A stretch of DNA of 45,004 nt from an uncultured Rikenella sp. (GTDB lineage Bacteria; Bacteroidota; Bacteroidia; Bacteroidales; VadinHA17): NCBI GenBank assembly GCA_964519065.1, contig CAZFIF010000002.1:1-45004 (forward strand). Direction: 5' to 3'. Under the pieces are notes generated by a model. That model saw only the letters and a program-made list of their open reading frames with translations. It had not been told where the DNA came from and ran no database searches. Below, piece by piece: positions 41,077 to 45,004 of the stretch (position 1 is the stretch's first letter; each line of letters opens with the position of its first letter). The translations under genes were made by a program, and so were the position numbers.

Positions 41077-43431
41077 ATGCTCAAGAATTATCTTAAAATC
41101 GCATATGCCAACCTCATTCAAAGCAGGGTGTATTCATTGATAAGTATATCCAGTCTTTCTATCGGACTGGCTGTCTGTATACTGTTGCTACTGTATGTTG
41201 CGCACGAACTCAGTTATGACAGATATCACGAAAAGTCAGATAATATCTATCGGTTGTGTCAGGAGGTACATCCCTATCAGGCACCGGGGACAGCAAAATA
41301 TCTGGCAGATAATTTACCGGAAATAAAGAGCTTTGCAAGAATATTGCCAAGAGATAATATCCTGGTTAAAGTAGATAATCAGATATTTAAGGAAGATATG
41401 GTGGCCTGGGTCGATGCTGATCTCTTTGAAGTATTTTCTTTTGAATTTATACAGGGAAGCGCTGCAAATTCTCTTCAGCAACCGGGTACGGCAGTTCTAA
41501 CTGAAGAGACAGCTCGTAAATATTTTGGGGACGAAAATCCCATCGGCAAAATATTTAAAGTAAGTAGCGAATACGATTATACTGTGGTGGGAGTAATAAA
41601 AGATATACCTCAGAATTCCCATTTTACCTTTGACCTCTTTTTGACGCTCGCTGATGGGAATAGGATGTTCAGTGAAAACTGGATGGACAACTGGGGTTGG
41701 TGGAATTTCCTGGTTTATTTCGAAATGTCAGATCTTTTTTCCAGGCCAGACCTGGAGGCTAAAATCACAGAGTTGATGAAAAGCTATAATGTAACTGACG
41801 CTCCTGTAACCCAATTTACTGTGCAAAACATCAAGGATATTCATCTCTATTCTTCTCATTTCCTGGGCGATATTCAACCCCAGAACAGCATTACCTATGT
41901 ATTGATTTTTTCGGCAATAGGCCTGCTTATTCTGCTGATAGCCTGCTTCAATTATATCAATCTTTTAACAGCCAATGCAACAACCCGTGTAACTGAAATT
42001 GGTGTCCGTAAGACTTTTGGAGCTTCACGAACTCAGCTGGCAATGCAATATGTCTCTGAATCGATGATTGTATTCTTTATATCATTTTGTATTTCGTTGA
42101 TTCTGGTAAGGCTCAGCTTACCCCTGTTTAATGAGCTATCCGGAAAGGAATTATCATTTTACTTCCTGTCGAATGTGAATATTCTTATAAGTTTATTAGG
42201 TATGATGATAGTTTTGGGTGTCCTGGCAGGTTGGTATCCCGCTTTTGTGTTGTCTTCCTATAGTCCCGTTAAGGTGATGAAATCATCCAAAAGCGGTTTT
42301 GGTTCCGGCTTTCAAATCCGGAAAATTCTGGTGGGAGCTCAGTTTACCATTGTCATCGTCTTAATTGCCTGTGCTACTGTTATGCTTCGTCAGATTAGTT
42401 TTCTACAAAAGAAAGATCTGGGTTTTGATAAAGAAGCTGTACTTACCAGCATATTCGATTTTGGTGATGAAGCGAAATACAATAGCCTGAAACAGGCACT
42501 GCTAAGTGAGAGCTTTGTTTCCGCTGTTTCTGTCGCAAGCCGCATACCTTCAGGTTCTCTGAGTAATGAGGGGAGAGTGAGACTGGAAGGTCAGGCCGAT
42601 GGTATAGCAATTTCCTATGTGCATGTTACTTTCGATTATTTTGAAACATTGGGAATTGAGCCGGTTCAGGGTCGATTATTCTCGAATGAATTTAATACGG
42701 ATGCCACTGATGCAGTGATATTAAATGAGGCTGCCGTAAAAAGTATAGGCATAGAGGGAGATCCAATAGGGCAAACACTCAAATGTAATTGGCCTAAATC
42801 GGATAGAAAAATAGTAGGCATAATCGACGACATTTATTTCGAGTCATTGTATAGCAAGGTGAAGCCCGTAGTCTACGTAATAGATTATTCAATGGCTTAC
42901 CATCTAATCGTTAAAGTGAAGCCTTCTGATTTAGCTGGCTCGAAGAATGCCATTACCGAAGTTTGTCAGAGCATCTATCCCGATGAGGTCATTGAATTTA
43001 CTTTTTTAGACCAGATCCTGGAACAACGCTATGAAAAAGACAGTAAGACTTTTCAACTTATGGGCTTTTTCGCAGTGCTGGCTATTTTTCTTGCCTGTAT
43101 GGGTCTATTAGGTGTGGCCTCCTTTATGATGGCCAGCCGAACCAAAGAAATAGGCATTCGAAAAGTAAACGGAGCAACAATTCCTGAAATCATGCAAATG
43201 CTGAATATAAGCTTTGTGAAATGGATGGTTATAGCCTTTATAGTAGCAACGCCAGTAGCATATTATGGTATGAACAAATGGCTGGAAAGCTTTGCCTATA
43301 AGACGGTACTCAGTTGGTGGATATTTGCTTTCGCAGGATTTATTTCCCTGGTCATTGTATTGCTTACAGTAAGTGGCCTTAGCTATAGCACCGCACGAAG
43401 GAATCCGGTAGAGGCATTGAGATATGAGTAA
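41077..43431 (+). CDS. Second tandem-FtsX (MacB-like) permease, paralogous to 37872-40211
   Basis: 784 aa. MLKNYLKIAYANLIQSRVYSLISI N-terminus. Two FtsX modules (EIGVRKTFGASRTQL and EIGIRKVNGATIPEIM). C-terminal ARRNPVEALRYE. Confidence 0.9.
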   Translation: MLKNYLKIAYANLIQSRVYSLISISSLSIGLAVCILLLLYVAHELSYDRYHEKSDNIYRLCQEVHPYQAPGTAKYLADNLPEIKSFARILPRDNILVKVDNQIFKEDMVAWVDADLFEVFSFEFIQGSAANSLQQPGTAVLTEETARKYFGDENPIGKIFKVSSEYDYTVVGVIKDIPQNSHFTFDLFLTLADGNRMFSENWMDNWGWWNFLVYFEMSDLFSRPDLEAKITELMKSYNVTDAPVTQFTVQNIKDIHLYSSHFLGDIQPQNSITYVLIFSAIGLLILLIACFNYINLLTANATTRVTEIGVRKTFGASRTQLAMQYVSESMIVFFISFCISLILVRLSLPLFNELSGKELSFYFLSNVNILISLLGMMIVLGVLAGWYPAFVLSSYSPVKVMKSSKSGFGSGFQIRKILVGAQFTIVIVLIACATVMLRQISFLQKKDLGFDKEAVLTSIFDFGDEAKYNSLKQALLSESFVSAVSVASRIPSGSLSNEGRVRLEGQADGIAISYVHVTFDYFETLGIEPVQGRLFSNEFNTDATDAVILNEAAVKSIGIEGDPIGQTLKCNWPKSDRKIVGIIDDIYFESLYSKVKPVVYVIDYSMAYHLIVKVKPSDLAGSKNAITEVCQSIYPDEVIEFTFLDQILEQRYEKDSKTFQLMGFFAVLAIFLACMGLLGVASFMMASRTKEIGIRKVNGATIPEIMQMLNISFVKWMVIAFIVATPVAYYGMNKWLESFAYKTVLSWWIFAFAGFISLVIVLLTVSGLSYSTARRNPVEALRYE

Positions 43432-43481
43432 GGCAATAGAAATGATTTAAGAAATAAAGGTATAATGCTAAATAGTCTATT

Positions 43482-44972
43482 ATGAAAAGGAGTTTGAAAA
43501 TTCAAACAACAAAATTCGTGTTATTGTTTGCGGCAATTGGTTTTATTACCCTGAGCTGTACCGCCGAAAAAGAACGCACAAGCTATTCCGCGGGTTTTAG
43601 TTGCTATAAAGTACAGGATAGCAGTCGGCTTTATATACGCAATCAGGATACTGTTCTGCGCCCGATGCTGATTTATTTCTGGTATCCGTCAGAAGATGTT
43701 TCGGATGGGAATAAAATGAGTTTCAGGCAATATGTCGACTTGATTTCCATCCGGGAAGATTACTCTAAAGCGAAAGAGGATATCGATAACGAGAGCTTTT
43801 ATTTTATCGATGCCTATGCCGGTTTTGCCAAAGGGAGCTTCAACATAGGATTAAACACAACTACAGAAGAAATCCTCGATTCACCAGTGGAAGCTTCCCT
43901 CAATATTCCGCAGGCAAAGGGGGAATTTCCTTTGATTATATACGCACCCTCAAACAGCAAGACGCCGGTACAAAATCATCGTCTCTGCGAACAACTGGCA
44001 AAAAATGGCTTCTATGTTATTTCGGTTGCTTCCGCCGGAGAAAATTCTATACAAAGGAGAGATCCGGGGAAAAGCATATTAGCACAGGTGGAGGATATGG
44101 AATTCATTCTCGATTATATAGAGAAAACCGTCCCTGTTAGATATTCATCAATAGGCCTGTTCGGATATAGTACGGGAGGCCTGGCAGCAGCCCTGTTTCA
44201 AATGAAACATCCAGATGTTAAAGCCGTTTGCTCCCTGGATGGCAGTCAGGAATATTCCTTCTACATCTTCCTTTCCAAATTACAGGCGTTTGATTTGGAG
44301 AAAACCCAAGTACCTTATTTCATGCTGGTCAATAAAGATGTCAGTTCTGTATATCCATTTTATAATTCAATAAAATCCAGGGATAAACTCGCTGTGCGAA
44401 TGTCAAACCTGGATCATTTTGGTTTCGTCTCTTTTTGGAGCTATTTTAACAATTGCAAACCGGATTCAATCCAGAATAATTATGCCAGGAGCTATGATTT
44501 TATTGCTGACTATGCCACAACCTTTTTTGATGCCACGCTGAAAGAAAATCAGAAGTCAAAAGAAGAATTATTGAGCCTGAGTTCACAGAAAAATGATTTT
44601 TCGATACCGGATCAATTGGATTTTGCACAATCAACGGCATTGCTGAATACGTATCTGCAATCCTCTATTGATACGGCAATTGCCATTTACAAATCACATA
44701 AAGCGGAAGCTTATAACAACTATAATTATAGAGAAGAAGAGATTAGTATGGCCGGCAGAATGCTTGTGGATTATGATGTTAATGCATCTGTGAAGCTGTT
44801 CAAATTCAATATAGAAGAATATCCCGATTCGTGGCACGCCTATTATGATTTAGGTTTTGCCCATAAAATAAGCGGGGAGATGGATCAGGCAAAAGAAGCT
44901 TTGCTGAAAGCACAACAAATGAATCCTGAAAATATGGATATTTCACAAATGCTTTCGGAACTGTCAAATTAG
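43482..44972 (+). CDS. Lipoprotein with an alpha/beta-hydrolase (dienelactone hydrolase / PAF-acetylhydrolase-like) domain and C-terminal TPR repeats
   Basis: 496 aa. Lipobox ITLSC. Nucleophile elbow FGYSTGG (GxSxG). Candidate LDG and LDHFGF for the Asp and His. C-terminal TPR-like AYYDLGFAHKISGEMDQAKEALLKAQQMNPEN. Confidence 0.72.
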   Translation: MKRSLKIQTTKFVLLFAAIGFITLSCTAEKERTSYSAGFSCYKVQDSSRLYIRNQDTVLRPMLIYFWYPSEDVSDGNKMSFRQYVDLISIREDYSKAKEDIDNESFYFIDAYAGFAKGSFNIGLNTTTEEILDSPVEASLNIPQAKGEFPLIIYAPSNSKTPVQNHRLCEQLAKNGFYVISVASAGENSIQRRDPGKSILAQVEDMEFILDYIEKTVPVRYSSIGLFGYSTGGLAAALFQMKHPDVKAVCSLDGSQEYSFYIFLSKLQAFDLEKTQVPYFMLVNKDVSSVYPFYNSIKSRDKLAVRMSNLDHFGFVSFWSYFNNCKPDSIQNNYARSYDFIADYATTFFDATLKENQKSKEELLSLSSQKNDFSIPDQLDFAQSTALLNTYLQSSIDTAIAIYKSHKAEAYNNYNYREEEISMAGRMLVDYDVNASVKLFKFNIEEYPDSWHAYYDLGFAHKISGEMDQAKEALLKAQQMNPENMDISQMLSELSN

Positions 44973-45004
44973 AAATCTACATATAATAAATTGCTAATCT
45001 TCAA

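Noticed and set aside
1-45004. CRISPR arrays, rRNA/tRNA genes, transposases, and phage or defence-system genes.
   Set aside because: I found no regularly spaced 25-40-nt direct repeats, no rRNA/tRNA-like segments, and no ORF with nuclease, integrase, transposase or known defence-system motifs on either strand.

Overview
All family calls come from reading motifs in the translated ORFs. No database search was run. The window looks like Bacteroidota: a SusC/SusD pair, a hybrid two-component regulator with an AraC tail, a sigma-54 NtrC-type activator with a GSFTDA loop, and ~780-aa tandem FtsX permeases. I support about 29 CDS and found no rRNA, tRNA, CRISPR array, transposase or integrase. Blocks in order: (1) 1-13403, a minus-strand SusC/SusD operon with no glycoside hydrolases. 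It carries an IPT/TIG-metallophosphoesterase, a GDPD phosphodiesterase, a secreted HAD phosphatase, GlpT, a Cys-type sulfatase and GlpD, with a divergent DeoR/GlpR-like regulator. (2) 13503-18171, a peptidoglycan-processing pair: a GHL10 + NamZ/DUF1343 fusion lipoprotein and an Amidase_3 lipoprotein. (3) 18182-23596, housekeeping genes: divergent murA/murB, a secreted nitroreductase-like protein, and a PiT phosphate transporter with a long C-terminal extension. (4) 23840-28019, a translationally coupled NikR-led FecBCD/BtuFCD-type importer operon ending in a stand-alone TsaA/TrmO-like protein and a small membrane protein. (5) 28026-34515, a DUF4251-like protein, a 335-nt intergenic region with a 47-nt periodic motif, a five-bladed propeller lipoprotein and a 1458-aa HTCS. 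(6) 34786-45004, a markedly AT-richer block. It holds a histidine kinase with two TM helices and almost no external loop, a sigma-54 activator, a candidate UAS plus -24/-12 promoter, an unannotated 46-codon signal-peptide ORF coupled (TAATG) to the first of two tandem-FtsX permeases that flank one ATPase, and an alpha/beta-hydrolase-TPR lipoprotein. The best candidates for undescribed biology are the phosphodiester/glycerol-phosphate SusCD locus next to muramidase/amidase genes (possible harvesting of Gram-positive cell wall), the GHL10-NamZ fusion, and the Bce-like but sigma-54-wired kinase/transporter/small-peptide module.
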